From Candidatus Berkelbacteria bacterium (lineage in GTDB: Bacteria > Patescibacteriota > UBA1384 > JACPKC01): a stretch of 64,000 nt of DNA. The stretch lies in NCBI GenBank assembly GCA_016187225.1, contig JACPKC010000010.1, forward strand, positions 3,541 through 67,540. Reading direction: 5' to 3'. The position numbers and the translations under genes were made by a program. A model generated the notes under the pieces. It had not been told where the DNA came from. It saw only the letters and a list, made by a program, of their open reading frames with translations, and did no database searches. Below are positions 47,520 through 57,978 of this stretch, piece after piece; within the stretch, counting starts at the first letter, position 1; each line of letters begins with the position of its first letter.

Positions 47520-47637
47520 CTGGTGCCTGGTGCGCGGGGGACACACCCGTTCCCATTCCGAACACGGTAGTTAAGCTCCGTAGCGCTGATGATACTACAG
47601 CCGCAAGGCTGTGGGACAGTAAGTCGGCGCCGGCACT
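47520..47637 (+). rRNA. rrf: 5S rRNA
   Basis: It aligns to 5S consensus (CCGTTCCCATTCCGAACACGG...GTAGCGCTGATGATACT...GTGGGAC). Helix I pairs gcctggtg with caccggc-like 3' sequence. Confidence 0.85.
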
Positions 47638-47650
47638 CTGGCTAGATGAA

Positions 47651-47673
47651 AAAGACGCGTTTGCGTCTTTTTT
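47651..47673 (+). terminator. Rho-independent terminator of the rRNA operon
   Basis: The hairpin aaagacgc-gttt-gcgtcttt is followed by TTT directly after the 5S gene. Confidence 0.8.
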
Positions 47674-47708
47674 GGTATACTAATTTCGTAATCAAAATAA
47701 GGAGGTTT

Positions 47709-47864
47709 ATGCATTGGATCACACTTATCCTCGGTATTTGGGTTTTTATCTCGCCGTGGCTTCTAGGTTTCTCCGACAACGCCGCTGGACTTTGGAGCAA
47801 TATTCTGGCGGGGCTTATTTTGGTCATAGTCTCAATTTATGGACTCTCAAATACGGAGTCATAA
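47709..47864 (+). CDS. SPW-repeat small membrane protein
   Basis: The motif WITLILGIWVFISPWLLGF (W..G.W....SPW) is typical of the SPW repeat family. The RBS aaggagg lies 7 nt upstream of the ATG at 47709. Confidence 0.55.
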   Translation: MHWITLILGIWVFISPWLLGFSDNAAGLWSNILAGLILVIVSIYGLSNTES

Positions 47865-47986
47865 GTAAGTTCTTGGTTCATGCGGGGCGAAGCAACCTGG
47901 TAAGCGTTATCACTGGCTAAAGCCCTCGTGATGTAGTTGAGAGACTACATCTAGGGATTGATGCAATATCTGATACCGTAGACTGA

Positions 47987-49318
47987 ATGCCGATGAGAAT
48001 TATTACTGATTTCCACATCCATTCACGTTTTGCGCGGGCGTGTTCAAAACGATTGACTTTACCAATAATTGCGGCTTGGGCACAGATTAAGGGTATCGAT
48101 CTTGTTGGCACCGCCGATTTTACTCACCCAGTCTGGTTATCGGAGATCAGAAAACAGTTAACAGAAGATGGGGAGGGGATTTACAGACTTCGAGATGAGT
48201 TCAGAGTTGATCTGCCATACGCGGTGAAAGAACCTCGACCGGTGCGATTTACCCTCACGCATGAAATCGCGACGATTTGGAGTCAGAATGGGAAATTGCG
48301 AAGGATGCATACTGTTGTGGTGGCGCCAAATCTTGAGGTTGCGGAAAAATTGACCAAAACTCTTACTCCCCATGGTAAACTCGGCGCTGACGGCCGGCCA
48401 ATTTTAGGCATGAGCGCACGGACCCTGGCCGAATTGGCATGGTCAGTTGATGAACGGATGCTAATAATTCCGGCGCATGCTTGGACGCCATGGTTTGCGG
48501 TTTTTGGCTCACAGTCGGGATTTGATTCACTTGAAGAGTGTTTTGGCGCCGATCTCGTCGATCGAATTCCGGCGATTGAAACGGGGATGAGTTCGAATCC
48601 GGCAATGAATTGGCAACTCTCCGCGCTTGATTCAGTCGCGCTTATTTCTTGTTCCGATGGCCATTCACCAGATAACCTCGGCCGCGAAGCGACGGTTTTC
48701 CATGTCGAAGATGATCTATCCTTTGGCCTCGTTGCTAAAATGATCTGGGAAGCCGCTCCGATCAGACGTCAAAATAATCAAACACACAAATCACAAACCA
48801 TGAATTATCTTGACTATACGATTGAGTTCTTTCCCGAAGAGGGTAAATATCATCACGATGGTCACCGTCTCTGTGGGGTAAACTGGAATCCAGAAGAGCG
48901 CAAACGACACCAAGGTATGTGTACCAGTTGCGGCAAACCTGTCACAGTCGGCGTTCTCTCGAGGATTGATGCCCTGGCTGATCGTCCGCTTGGCTTCAGG
49001 CCCGATGGCGCGCCGCGTTTTCTCTCGATCGTTCCCATTCGCGATATTGCTTCGGCTCTGCTTTTAGTCGGTAAAAAGACCAAAGCAGTCGATAAACTTT
49101 ACACCTCGCTCATAAGCTCGCTTGGCCCGGAGTTTGATGTGCTGCTAGATGCTCCAGTCGAAAAAGTACGCGAGGCAAGTTCGGAGAATTTTGCCGAAAT
49201 TATCGCCGCGATGCGCGCTGGCAACGTCTGCATGCGCCCCGGTTATGATGGAGTTTATGGCGTTTTGGAACTTCCTTCACATCAGCCAAAGCAGACGTCG
49301 TTATTTCAAAAGGCGTAG
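47987..49318 (+). CDS. Endonuclease Q-like PHP-domain protein with a C-terminal zinc finger
   Basis: The N-terminus IITDFHIHSRFARACSKRLTLPIIAAWAQIKGIDLVGTADFTHPVW resembles the EndoQ/TIGR00375 PHP start. The C-terminus has CGVNW...CTSCGKPV Cys pairs. Confidence 0.5.
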   Translation: MPMRIITDFHIHSRFARACSKRLTLPIIAAWAQIKGIDLVGTADFTHPVWLSEIRKQLTEDGEGIYRLRDEFRVDLPYAVKEPRPVRFTLTHEIATIWSQNGKLRRMHTVVVAPNLEVAEKLTKTLTPHGKLGADGRPILGMSARTLAELAWSVDERMLIIPAHAWTPWFAVFGSQSGFDSLEECFGADLVDRIPAIETGMSSNPAMNWQLSALDSVALISCSDGHSPDNLGREATVFHVEDDLSFGLVAKMIWEAAPIRRQNNQTHKSQTMNYLDYTIEFFPEEGKYHHDGHRLCGVNWNPEERKRHQGMCTSCGKPVTVGVLSRIDALADRPLGFRPDGAPRFLSIVPIRDIASALLLVGKKTKAVDKLYTSLISSLGPEFDVLLDAPVEKVREASSENFAEIIAAMRAGNVCMRPGYDGVYGVLELPSHQPKQTSLFQKA

Positions 49319-49321
49319 TCT

Positions 49322-49912
49322 ATGACCGATAAAACTCACCAAATTCTTGGACTCGCGACCGCCACAGTCGGATTTTTTGTGATTCATCCCGATATTGATC
49401 TTACCTGGTCGGTCGCTGGCACTCTTCTCTTTGGTTCGTTTTTTGGCTCGATCTTGCCAGACATCGATCAACCGACATCGAATTTTTGGGATTCAGTGCC
49501 GCTTGGGAAGATCATCAATAGGCCGCTTGCCAAGACGCTTGGTGGTCATCGTAATCTCTCACACTCAATTCTTGGGTTTCTCTTATTTACCTGGATCGTT
49601 GGCTGGTTATTCACGGCGCTCATTCGTCCAGACAGCTTTGTCAGTCAAGTTATTTTCCTCGAAAGTTTCCAACTTGGATTTATTGCGCACCTAATTGCCG
49701 ATTCAGTTACCGTTCAGGGAATCCCGGTTTTTTGGCCATTGGGCGGCAACATGGGTTTTCCGCCTCGACCACTGCATGGAGCGCGTATCCTAACAGGCAA
49801 GTGGTTTGAGAATTTAGTTGTTTTCCCGGTGTCGATTCTTGGTTTTATTTTTCTACTCGCCAATTACTCGAATCGCCTTTGCTTGATTTTGTCAGATTGG
49901 TTATGTCGGTAG
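49322..49912 (+). CDS. DUF457 (YdjM-like) membrane-bound metal-dependent hydrolase
   Basis: The motifs LPDIDQPTS, GGHRNLSHS and HLIADSVTVQGIPVFWP match the YdjM/PF04307 signature. Confidence 0.7.
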   Translation: MTDKTHQILGLATATVGFFVIHPDIDLTWSVAGTLLFGSFFGSILPDIDQPTSNFWDSVPLGKIINRPLAKTLGGHRNLSHSILGFLLFTWIVGWLFTALIRPDSFVSQVIFLESFQLGFIAHLIADSVTVQGIPVFWPLGGNMGFPPRPLHGARILTGKWFENLVVFPVSILGFIFLLANYSNRLCLILSDWLCR

Positions 49913-49919
49913 TGTCGAT

Positions 49920-50804
49920 ATGCCTGAATTACCTGAAGTCGAGATAGTCGCGCGAGGTTTGGCCAAGCGATTAGTCGATCAAACCGTGATCAATGTCCAG
50001 GTGTCGAATCAAAAGAGTTTCCTTGCAGACGCGGCAGATATTCAAAAGCACCTCATTCGCGCGCGCGTCCTATCGGTGAGGCGACGGCAAAAGTTGATTC
50101 TGATTGAATTATCGAACGGCTGGATGTTAGTTATTCATCTTAAAATGACGGGACAATTGATATTTTTATCAAGCAAAAAATCCTTCGTCGGTGGGCATCC
50201 GGAGAAGGTTTACACTCAATCGTTGCCTAACAAACATACGCATGTGGTCATTAATTTCAGCCACGGTATTCTATATTTCAACGATTTGCGCAAATTCGGC
50301 TGGATGCGTCTCTTTACTCGGCGAAAAGAGACGGACAGCAGACATCGGTCGATCGAAGAATTCTTGCAAGCGTTAATGCTCGGGCCAGAGCCACTCGAAG
50401 GAGATTTTACGGTTCAGTGGTTAAAAGATCGGTTGCAGAAGCGACAGATTCCTATCAAGCAAGCATTAATGGATCAAAAAATCGCCGCCGGGGTCGGAAA
50501 TATTTATGCCGACGAAGCTTTGTTTCGAGCTGGCATTCAACCCGAACGGTTGGCAAAATCTTTGAAAATCCAAGAAATCGCAAAATTACATCGAACCATT
50601 CGAGATGTTTTGCGCTTAGGCATTATTCGGGGCGGCACTAGTGTCAATACCTATCTAAATAGCGAGGGCACGCCCGGTAAGATGCAAGCGTACTTAAAAG
50701 TTTATGGGCGTAGAGGGCAAAGGTGTTTCAAATGTAAGCATCTGATTAAACGAATTCGAATTGGTCAACGCTCAACACATTTTTGTCCAGTGTGCCAGAA
50801 ATAA
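49920..50804 (+). CDS. mutM: Formamidopyrimidine-DNA glycosylase (Fpg/Nei family)
   Basis: The N-terminus is MPELPEVE (catalytic Pro2/Glu3). There is an H2TH motif and a C-terminal zinc finger CFKC...CPVCQ. Confidence 0.9.
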   Translation: MPELPEVEIVARGLAKRLVDQTVINVQVSNQKSFLADAADIQKHLIRARVLSVRRRQKLILIELSNGWMLVIHLKMTGQLIFLSSKKSFVGGHPEKVYTQSLPNKHTHVVINFSHGILYFNDLRKFGWMRLFTRRKETDSRHRSIEEFLQALMLGPEPLEGDFTVQWLKDRLQKRQIPIKQALMDQKIAAGVGNIYADEALFRAGIQPERLAKSLKIQEIAKLHRTIRDVLRLGIIRGGTSVNTYLNSEGTPGKMQAYLKVYGRRGQRCFKCKHLIKRIRIGQRSTHFCPVCQK

Positions 50805-50854
50805 TTTGTCATAACTTCCTTGTCTTTTCTCCTGTCAGTCGGTAATCTCAAGAA

Positions 50855-51754
50855 ATGAAACCGACTTTACTTGTCCTGGCGGCAGGTGTTGGCAGTCGTT
50901 ACGGCGGACTTAAACAGCTTGATCTCGTTGGTTCGCTGGGGACAATTATCGATTATTCAGTTTACGATGCCCTGGAGGTTGGTTTTGGCAAAATTGTTTT
51001 TGTAATTAACAAACTTCTGCAAGCGGAATTTGAAACGAAAATCGGCAGGAAATATGCTAAAGTTTGCGAGATTGCGTACGTGCGCCAAGAGCTCACGAGC
51101 GATTTGCTAGTTGGATTCAATCTACCGTCCGCGCGCAGTAAGCCCTGGGGAACGGGACATGCAATTTTAGTTGCCGAAGAGGCGATTCAAGAACCTTTCG
51201 TGGTGGTGAATGCGGATGATTTTTATGGCCGAGAATCTTTTCGGGTGATTGCAAATTTTTTACGTTCGTCGAATGAGTACGGCTTGGTTGGTTTTACGCT
51301 TAAAAACACTCTCTCAAAGCACGGGACAGTCTCACGCGGCATCTGCCGTCTTGATAAAGGTAGTTATCTCACGAACGTGACTGAACTAACTCGGATCGGT
51401 ATTGACGATGATCAAATTTATTATCTCGATGCTTATGATCAGCGCCAGGCGCTGACTGGCCGCGAAACAGTTTCAATGGGAATGTGGGCTTTCCAGCCGA
51501 CAATTTTCAAGCACTTGCGTCAGCAGTTTCTAGAATTTCTTACTGCGCGCGGCCAGGATCTCAAAGCTGAATTTTTTATTCCAACTGTTGTCAGTCGCCT
51601 TATCGAGACCCAGCAAGCTAGAGTGCGGGTTTTGAGCTCCAATTCCAGATGGTTCGGCATGACACTTAAAGAAGATCGAGAAAACGTTCGTCAAACACTT
51701 AACGCCTTAAAGGAGCAATATGAAGATTTCATTCCACAGTCAGGCGCTCGATAA
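50855..51754 (+). CDS. Sugar-phosphate nucleotidyltransferase (NTP-transferase domain)
   Basis: LVLAAGVGSRYGGLKQ is the G-x-G-x-R motif of glucose-1-P nucleotidyltransferase-like enzymes. Confidence 0.6.
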   Translation: MKPTLLVLAAGVGSRYGGLKQLDLVGSLGTIIDYSVYDALEVGFGKIVFVINKLLQAEFETKIGRKYAKVCEIAYVRQELTSDLLVGFNLPSARSKPWGTGHAILVAEEAIQEPFVVVNADDFYGRESFRVIANFLRSSNEYGLVGFTLKNTLSKHGTVSRGICRLDKGSYLTNVTELTRIGIDDDQIYYLDAYDQRQALTGRETVSMGMWAFQPTIFKHLRQQFLEFLTARGQDLKAEFFIPTVVSRLIETQQARVRVLSSNSRWFGMTLKEDRENVRQTLNALKEQYEDFIPQSGAR

Positions 51755-53189
51755 ACTTGCGCTTGAAGCCTTAATTGTACCGCTCGCAGTTGGTGGCGCA
51801 TCTAAAATGCCGGCCGAATTGCAATCTAAAATCCCCCAAACAGCTTTTGCAAGTTTTCAGGGAAAAATTGGTCAGCACGTCGCTATTTTCCCGAATCAAG
51901 GCGTTCTTGAGAGAATTATCTTAGTGGGTTTGGGTGATACTCAAAGCGACATTGCCTTGACTGAACGCTTGCGGCGCTCGGTCGCTTTTGGGACGCGTGA
52001 GAGTCTTAAGTTGTCAGCGAGTAAAATTGGAATCTACCTGCCGGAAACTAATGAGACTGTCCTCTATGAATCCGCGCTAATGCCGATTTTAGCGGCTTAT
52101 AGATATGAAAAACATCGTTCCAAAAAAGAAGATCATAAAGAACTTGAACATCTTGTTTTAATCGGTGACAAGAAGCTTGCCAAGACCCGATCGATTCTTG
52201 AGTGGGTTGCAATTATTGCTGACAGTGTGCGAATTGCGCGCGACCTTGTGAATGCTCCGAGTAATATTATGACACCGAAGAGGCTTGCTCAAGCGGCGCG
52301 AACGATGATGAGTGGCATCAAGCATTGCACAATCGCAACTTGGGGATTGCCTGAACTGATGCGCAAAAAGTTTGGCGCTCTTCTAGCCGTTGCCCAGGGT
52401 TCGGATGAAGAACCTCAACTCATCACTCTGCAATATCAACCGCCAGCCGCGAAGAAAACAGTTGTTTTTGTTGGTAAGGGTGTAACCTTTGACACCGGCG
52501 GCATCAATCTCAAGCCTGAACGCGGGATCGAGGGCATGCAGATGGATATGGCTGGTGGCGCGATTGTACTCACAGCCGTAACTGCAATCGCGAAGCTCAA
52601 GCTCCCAATTCGCGTCATCGCGATCGTACCAGCGACTGAAAACATGCCAAGCGGCGCCGCGCTTAAGCCTGGAGATATAGTGACTACGCTAGCTGGCCTA
52701 ACAATTGAGGTTGCTAATACCGATGCCGAGGGGCGCATGATTTTAGCCGATGCGCTTACTTACGCCGCCGATTTTAAACCCGATCAGATAATCGATTGCG
52801 CCACGCTCACCGGCGCCGCTCTCGTTGCTTTGGGCGAAGAGCAGGCCGCCTTAATCGGCAATAATTCTACGTTCGTTGATCAAATAATAAAGGCGGGTAC
52901 GGTAACTGGAGAAGAGCTGTGTCGTTTGCCGCTCACCGATGATTACCGAGAGCATGTTAAAAGCGAGATCGCTGATGTTAAAAACGTTGGCCGAAAGAGC
53001 AATGCCGGGGTAATTTCAGGGGCGGCGTTTTTAGAAAAATTCGTTCCCAAAGATCTGCCTTGGGCGCATATCGATTTGGCTGGACCGGCCATTCGTTCTT
53101 ACCCTCGCTCCTATGAACCAAAGGGTGGCACGGGCTGGGGAGTCCGTCTCCTGATTGAATATATTCATTCATGCATTTCAGAGGCATAA
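51720..53189 (+). CDS. pepA: Leucyl aminopeptidase (M17 family)
   Basis: The NTDAEGR signature and the catalytic Lys/Asp context (VGKGVTFDTGG) are present. Confidence 0.9.
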   Translation: MKISFHSQALDKLALEALIVPLAVGGASKMPAELQSKIPQTAFASFQGKIGQHVAIFPNQGVLERIILVGLGDTQSDIALTERLRRSVAFGTRESLKLSASKIGIYLPETNETVLYESALMPILAAYRYEKHRSKKEDHKELEHLVLIGDKKLAKTRSILEWVAIIADSVRIARDLVNAPSNIMTPKRLAQAARTMMSGIKHCTIATWGLPELMRKKFGALLAVAQGSDEEPQLITLQYQPPAAKKTVVFVGKGVTFDTGGINLKPERGIEGMQMDMAGGAIVLTAVTAIAKLKLPIRVIAIVPATENMPSGAALKPGDIVTTLAGLTIEVANTDAEGRMILADALTYAADFKPDQIIDCATLTGAALVALGEEQAALIGNNSTFVDQIIKAGTVTGEELCRLPLTDDYREHVKSEIADVKNVGRKSNAGVISGAAFLEKFVPKDLPWAHIDLAGPAIRSYPRSYEPKGGTGWGVRLLIEYIHSCISEA

Positions 53190-53190
53190 A

Positions 53191-53904
53191 ATGCGAATTC
53201 TGCTTATTCAATGTCGGACTGATGCTTCGCAGGCGCATGAACAATACTGTGTGCAAACGCATGCTGGTCAATCAGTTAAAACCTTGACAGTTGTTAATCC
53301 GATTATAGAGCCAGGTTCGGTACAGGCGGCGGGTTTTGATTATGACGCGGTCATTCTGGGCGGTTCGGGCGAGTTCCAGCTTTCACGGCCCACTCCTGAA
53401 CTTGGATGCGCTTTAGATGAACTTTGCCCTATTCTCGACCAAATTTTAGAACGAGAGTTGCCATTTTTAGGTATGTGTTTTGGCCATCAAATTTTAGCTT
53501 GGCACTTAGGTATGCCTGTTGAGGAAAATCACGAAGAATCTCAAATTGGGAGTTTTGAGGTTAGTCTTTCTGAAAATGGTCAAGCTGATCCAATTTTTCA
53601 AGGTATTCCAGCAACTTTCATAGCTCAACATGGGCATAAAGATTGTGTTATGCGACTGCCACTAAATGCAACTCATCTTGCCAGCGGCGCCCGACACTGT
53701 AATGATGGCTATCGCATTGGATCGCGGGCATATGGTTTACAATTTCATCCCGAGCTCACTCTTGACGATCTTATTGAACGACTAAAACTTTATCCGAGTT
53801 ATTTGAAAGGTAAAACTCTTGAAGAAGCCCGCGGAGATTTTCAGGCTTCTCCAGAAGCGCCCAAGGTTCTCAAAAATTTTTTTGCCCTCGCTCGTATTGG
53901 CTAG
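53191..53904 (+). CDS. Class I glutamine amidotransferase-like protein
   Basis: The catalytic Cys context GMCFGHQ and the His/Glu near the C-terminus (LQFHPE) are present. The start is taken at MRILLIQ. Confidence 0.7.
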   Translation: MRILLIQCRTDASQAHEQYCVQTHAGQSVKTLTVVNPIIEPGSVQAAGFDYDAVILGGSGEFQLSRPTPELGCALDELCPILDQILERELPFLGMCFGHQILAWHLGMPVEENHEESQIGSFEVSLSENGQADPIFQGIPATFIAQHGHKDCVMRLPLNATHLASGARHCNDGYRIGSRAYGLQFHPELTLDDLIERLKLYPSYLKGKTLEEARGDFQASPEAPKVLKNFFALARIG

Positions 53905-53934
53905 TGTCAGCAGACGATTAGAGAGGATACACCT

Positions 53935-54678
53935 ATGACCATACTCAAAACTCGTGGCGTTGTGCTCAAGCGTCGGGTTTACGGCGAGGCGGATCGAATT
54001 CTTACTATCCTGACGCCGCGTCTCGGTAAAATTACGGCAATCGCCAAAGGCTCACGTCGGCCAACGAGCAAATTGGTCGGCCATTTAGAATTATTCTATC
54101 TGGTTGATTGGGTGCTCGCTGAAGGTCGAACTTGGTACATTGTTTCCAGCGCTGAAACAGTCGTATCTTTTCAAAACTTGCAAAAAGAGTTGTCCATAAC
54201 GAGTGCGGCTGGCTATATCGCCACACTCATTGATCGAGTTTTACCGGAGGGTGAAACATCGTCCCGACTCTATCATTTAGCAATCGAGACATTCACAACC
54301 TTGACCCGCGCCCATGCCGAGCTGATTCTTCGTCAAACTGAATGGCAAATTTTACTTGCGATTGGCTTACGGCCCGAATTACATCGGTGCAGTCATTGTG
54401 CTCAAGCATTAACACCAACTCATCTCGGTCTATGCCCAACACGAGGCGGTGCGCTGTGTGTGAATTGCCTGATGAGCGAAGCAATCCACATTCCAGTTAC
54501 CGCAACCACACTCAAGCTTTTACGTCTTTTTGAACAGGCGCCAAAAATGCTTGCGCGGCGCCTAGTAGTCCCGAAAGCAATCACTCAAGAGCTTGAGCGG
54601 GTCACTCGCGCTTTCCTAGAACACGCCCTGGAGAAGCCAATCCCATTTCAAGGGTTAATCGCACATGCTAACAATTAA
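53935..54678 (+). CDS. recO: DNA repair protein RecO
   Basis: The N-terminal OB-fold has GVVLKRRVYGEADRILTILT. The C-terminal zinc finger is CSHC...CVNC. Confidence 0.8.
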   Translation: MTILKTRGVVLKRRVYGEADRILTILTPRLGKITAIAKGSRRPTSKLVGHLELFYLVDWVLAEGRTWYIVSSAETVVSFQNLQKELSITSAAGYIATLIDRVLPEGETSSRLYHLAIETFTTLTRAHAELILRQTEWQILLAIGLRPELHRCSHCAQALTPTHLGLCPTRGGALCVNCLMSEAIHIPVTATTLKLLRLFEQAPKMLARRLVVPKAITQELERVTRAFLEHALEKPIPFQGLIAHANN

Positions 54679-55795
54679 CCTCGCCGCTATCCGAGAGAAC
54701 ATTCGGATTTTGAAAACAGCGGCGGCGCCTGCCAAATTCATGGCTGTCGTTAAAAATAATGCCTATGGTCATGGTCTAATCGAGGTCGCTCAAGCGGCGC
54801 TTGAAGCAGGCAGTGATTGGCTCGGCGTGATCCATGTGAGTGAAGGCGTCCAGTTACGCGATACGGGCATCACGGCGCCAATTCTTGTACTCGGCTACGT
54901 GCCGCCCGAAGATATTCCTCACGCAGTTCACTATCGTATCGATATTCCACTCATCAATCTTGAGCACGCGCACAAGGTGCGCTCAAAAATTCCGACTGGC
55001 AAGAAACTTCGCGTGCATCTCAAGATTGAAACCGGGCTCAATCGTTTTGGCGTCACAAGCCTTGAACTCTTGGAGCTCGCTCAATTTATTGGTTTAAGAT
55101 CAGCGCATTCCGGACAAAACTCGGCTTTTAGCCCGATCGGAGTTTATTCACATTTGGCGGCTGTCGAAGAAGTGGCTTTTGGCCATGCTCGGCTTCAACT
55201 TGACAATTTTGATGAACAGACACGTCGCCTCGGCGCGCATAAAAATGGAGACTTATTGCGCCACATTGCCGCTACGGCCGCAATTTTAATGTTGCCAGAA
55301 AGCCATCTCGATTTAGTGCGTTCAGGGATTGGTATTTATGGTCTCTGGCCGTCAGCCGAGATTGCCCGTCGAGTTGACCATCCAACAGCTCGACTTCAAC
55401 CAGCGCTCGAATGGAGCGAGCCGATCGCCGAGCTTAAAAAGGTTCAGGCAAATCAGCCTGTTGGTTACGGTTGTTCGTGGAAACCGATCAAAGATGCGAC
55501 CGTTGCATTAATAGCAATAGGTTATGCTGACGGACTGGATCGGAAGTTTTCTAGCATTGGAGTTGTTGAGGTGCTGGATACAGAGTGTCCAATCGTCGGC
55601 AGAATTTGTACGAACGTGACTTTTATCGACGTTACGCATGTGCCACGGGTAACAGTCGGCGACGAGGTGATTTTATTATCAGCCTCACAAACTTCGCCTG
55701 CTTCTGCGCAGGCACAGGCGGATCGAATTAATACTATTCACTATGAGTTAGTTAGTCGATTGCCAATACACATCCAACGATCGTATATTCAATAA
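54665..55795 (+). CDS. alr: Alanine racemase
   Basis: The PLP-binding VVKNNAYGHG motif and the overall two-domain length fit alanine racemase. Confidence 0.85.
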   Translation: MLTINLAAIRENIRILKTAAAPAKFMAVVKNNAYGHGLIEVAQAALEAGSDWLGVIHVSEGVQLRDTGITAPILVLGYVPPEDIPHAVHYRIDIPLINLEHAHKVRSKIPTGKKLRVHLKIETGLNRFGVTSLELLELAQFIGLRSAHSGQNSAFSPIGVYSHLAAVEEVAFGHARLQLDNFDEQTRRLGAHKNGDLLRHIAATAAILMLPESHLDLVRSGIGIYGLWPSAEIARRVDHPTARLQPALEWSEPIAELKKVQANQPVGYGCSWKPIKDATVALIAIGYADGLDRKFSSIGVVEVLDTECPIVGRICTNVTFIDVTHVPRVTVGDEVILLSASQTSPASAQAQADRINTIHYELVSRLPIHIQRSYIQ

Positions 55796-55798
55796 CTT

Positions 55799-56569
55799 AT
55801 GATCGGAATTTTTGATTCAGGAGTTGGAGGTTTGTTTGTTTTTAAGCGCCTGCAGAGCGCCTTGCCGAAGAATTCTTTTATTTATTTAGCTGATCAGGCT
55901 TTTGCGCCCTATGGCGAGCGAACGCAAAGTGAGATCCAAGCGCGCACAAAAAAGATAGTTGAATTTTTAGTTCATAAAGGCTCGCGGCTGATAGTAATTG
56001 CTTGCAATACAGCCACCCTGAACGCAGTGAACTTCCTCCGCAAAACATTCCCAGTCCTTCCTATCGTTGGTATGGAGCCGGCTGTTAAGCCCGCAACCAA
56101 AAGACATAAAAATATCATCGTTTTGGGTACGAACTCGACGGTACGGAATAGACGCTATCGCACGCTTATTAACCGTTATGCCGCTGGCAAACAAGTTTGG
56201 CACCTGGGCGCGCCAGATTTGGTGCGCCAAGTTGAACGCGGTGAACTCGATGATTTGACCGCGCTCAAGAATATTTTAAGTTCACCAACTCAAGCTGGTG
56301 CGACCGCTTTTGTAGTTGGATGTACTCACTTTTCATTTTTAACTCCGGCTATTCAACGCATCTGCTCAGGCCTTGAAATTTTCGATGGAGCCGAAGGAAC
56401 GGTCGCTGAAGCGGCGCGCCAGGCGATTGCTTTGAATTTGAAAGATCACAAGCCGACCAATCAATTTTTTACGACTGGAGCAAGTAAAAAAGTTTCGTTT
56501 TTGGGGCAAGCCATTAACTTAAACGCTCTTTACCCGTCGCAAGTCACGGGTATACAATGCAAGCAATGA
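55799..56569 (+). CDS. murI: Glutamate racemase
   Basis: The IGIFDSGVGGL start and the ACNTA and GCTH catalytic Cys motifs are present. Confidence 0.9.
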   Translation: MIGIFDSGVGGLFVFKRLQSALPKNSFIYLADQAFAPYGERTQSEIQARTKKIVEFLVHKGSRLIVIACNTATLNAVNFLRKTFPVLPIVGMEPAVKPATKRHKNIIVLGTNSTVRNRRYRTLINRYAAGKQVWHLGAPDLVRQVERGELDDLTALKNILSSPTQAGATAFVVGCTHFSFLTPAIQRICSGLEIFDGAEGTVAEAARQAIALNLKDHKPTNQFFTTGASKKVSFLGQAINLNALYPSQVTGIQCKQ

Positions 56570-57885
56570 CAAAATATTCAGAAAATTTTATGGAGATACT
56601 CGTTTCGCTCGCCAAGCGGCGTGGGTTTGTGTTCCCCTCGGCCGAGATTTACGGCGGTCTTGGAGCTGTCTGGGACTACGGTCCGCTCGGGGCACTTATG
56701 AAGCAAAATTTACGCACTCTTTGGCTCGAGCGGTTTATCTATAGTCGCCAGGATGTTATTCCGATTGAGGCTTCTATTCTTACTAATCGAAAAGTGCTTC
56801 AGGCTTCCGGCCACGAAAAAGGATTTAGCGACTCGCTCGTTGAGTGTCGAATCTGTCACGAACGGTTTCGGTCAGATCACGAGATACCACAGGCAAAAGA
56901 TCACAAGCATGACCTGACTAAAGCAAAGCAGTTCAATATTATGTTTAAGACTTACGCTGGGCCAATCGAGAATGAGGGCAACCTAGTTTATCTAAGACCC
57001 GAAACAGCCCAAGGAATGTTTACTAATTTCAAACTTGTTGCCGATGCTCTCCGTTTGCACCCTCCGTTTGGCATTGCTCAGATTGGCAAAAATTTCCGGA
57101 ATGAAATTACGACCGGTCATTTTATCTTTAGATTGCGTGAACTCGAAATTGCCGAACTTGAGTATTATGTCTTACCTGAAGACGCGGCGCGTTGGAACGA
57201 TGTTTGGGTCAAGGAATGGCAAACTTTTTTTGCCGATCTTGGTTTGAGTGGTGATAAAGTTCGAATTCGAATTCTTGAGGCGGATGAGCGGGCTCACTAT
57301 GCCGCCTCCAATATGGACTTTGAGTATGAATTTCCTTTTGGCTGGGGCGAATTTGCCGGCGTTGCTAATCGAACCGACTACGACTTGAAGAATCATATTG
57401 AGCATTCAGGCAAAGACCTAACCTGGTTTAATGAGGAAGCTAAAGAGAAAATAATTCCTTATGTGATCGAGCCAACACTCGGACTTGATCGCCTTTTGAT
57501 GGCTCTTCTTGTGCAGGGTCTCATGATTTCTGATGGAACCGATGGGCGCGAAGCGGGGGAGATGGTTTTGAAACTCCATCCGCGAGTTGCACCAATCACG
57601 GTCGCAGTCTTTCCGCTTGTCAAAAAGGAAGGGCTGGCGGAGCTTGCGGGTGAAATTGCGATGGAACTTCGCACAAGCAGAATTGGTTATATTCAAACGG
57701 ATGAGTCGGGTTCGATTGGACGACGCTATCGCCGTCAAGATGAAATTGGCACACCATTTTGCGTTACAGTCGATTTTCAAACCAAAGAAGATGGCACTGT
57801 GACGATCCGCCAGCGCGACACACTTAAACAGGAACGCGTTCATCGCACCGAACTCGCTGTTAAACTTAAAGAATCACTTGCATAA
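56557..57885 (+). CDS. glyQS: Glycyl-tRNA synthetase (alpha2 dimeric type)
   Basis: The N-terminus LAKRRGFVFPSAEIYGGLGAVWDYGPLG and the class II motifs fit GlyRS at 442 aa. Confidence 0.9.
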   Translation: MQAMTKYSENFMEILVSLAKRRGFVFPSAEIYGGLGAVWDYGPLGALMKQNLRTLWLERFIYSRQDVIPIEASILTNRKVLQASGHEKGFSDSLVECRICHERFRSDHEIPQAKDHKHDLTKAKQFNIMFKTYAGPIENEGNLVYLRPETAQGMFTNFKLVADALRLHPPFGIAQIGKNFRNEITTGHFIFRLRELEIAELEYYVLPEDAARWNDVWVKEWQTFFADLGLSGDKVRIRILEADERAHYAASNMDFEYEFPFGWGEFAGVANRTDYDLKNHIEHSGKDLTWFNEEAKEKIIPYVIEPTLGLDRLLMALLVQGLMISDGTDGREAGEMVLKLHPRVAPITVAVFPLVKKEGLAELAGEIAMELRTSRIGYIQTDESGSIGRRYRRQDEIGTPFCVTVDFQTKEDGTVTIRQRDTLKQERVHRTELAVKLKESLA

Positions 57886-57978
57886 AAAACCTGGCGGGAG
57901 GATGCGCCAGGCTAAAGAAAGGGTGACTATAAAAAAACTTGTCGAGTGTCTGATGTTGCCTCGACTAATTTTCTACTC

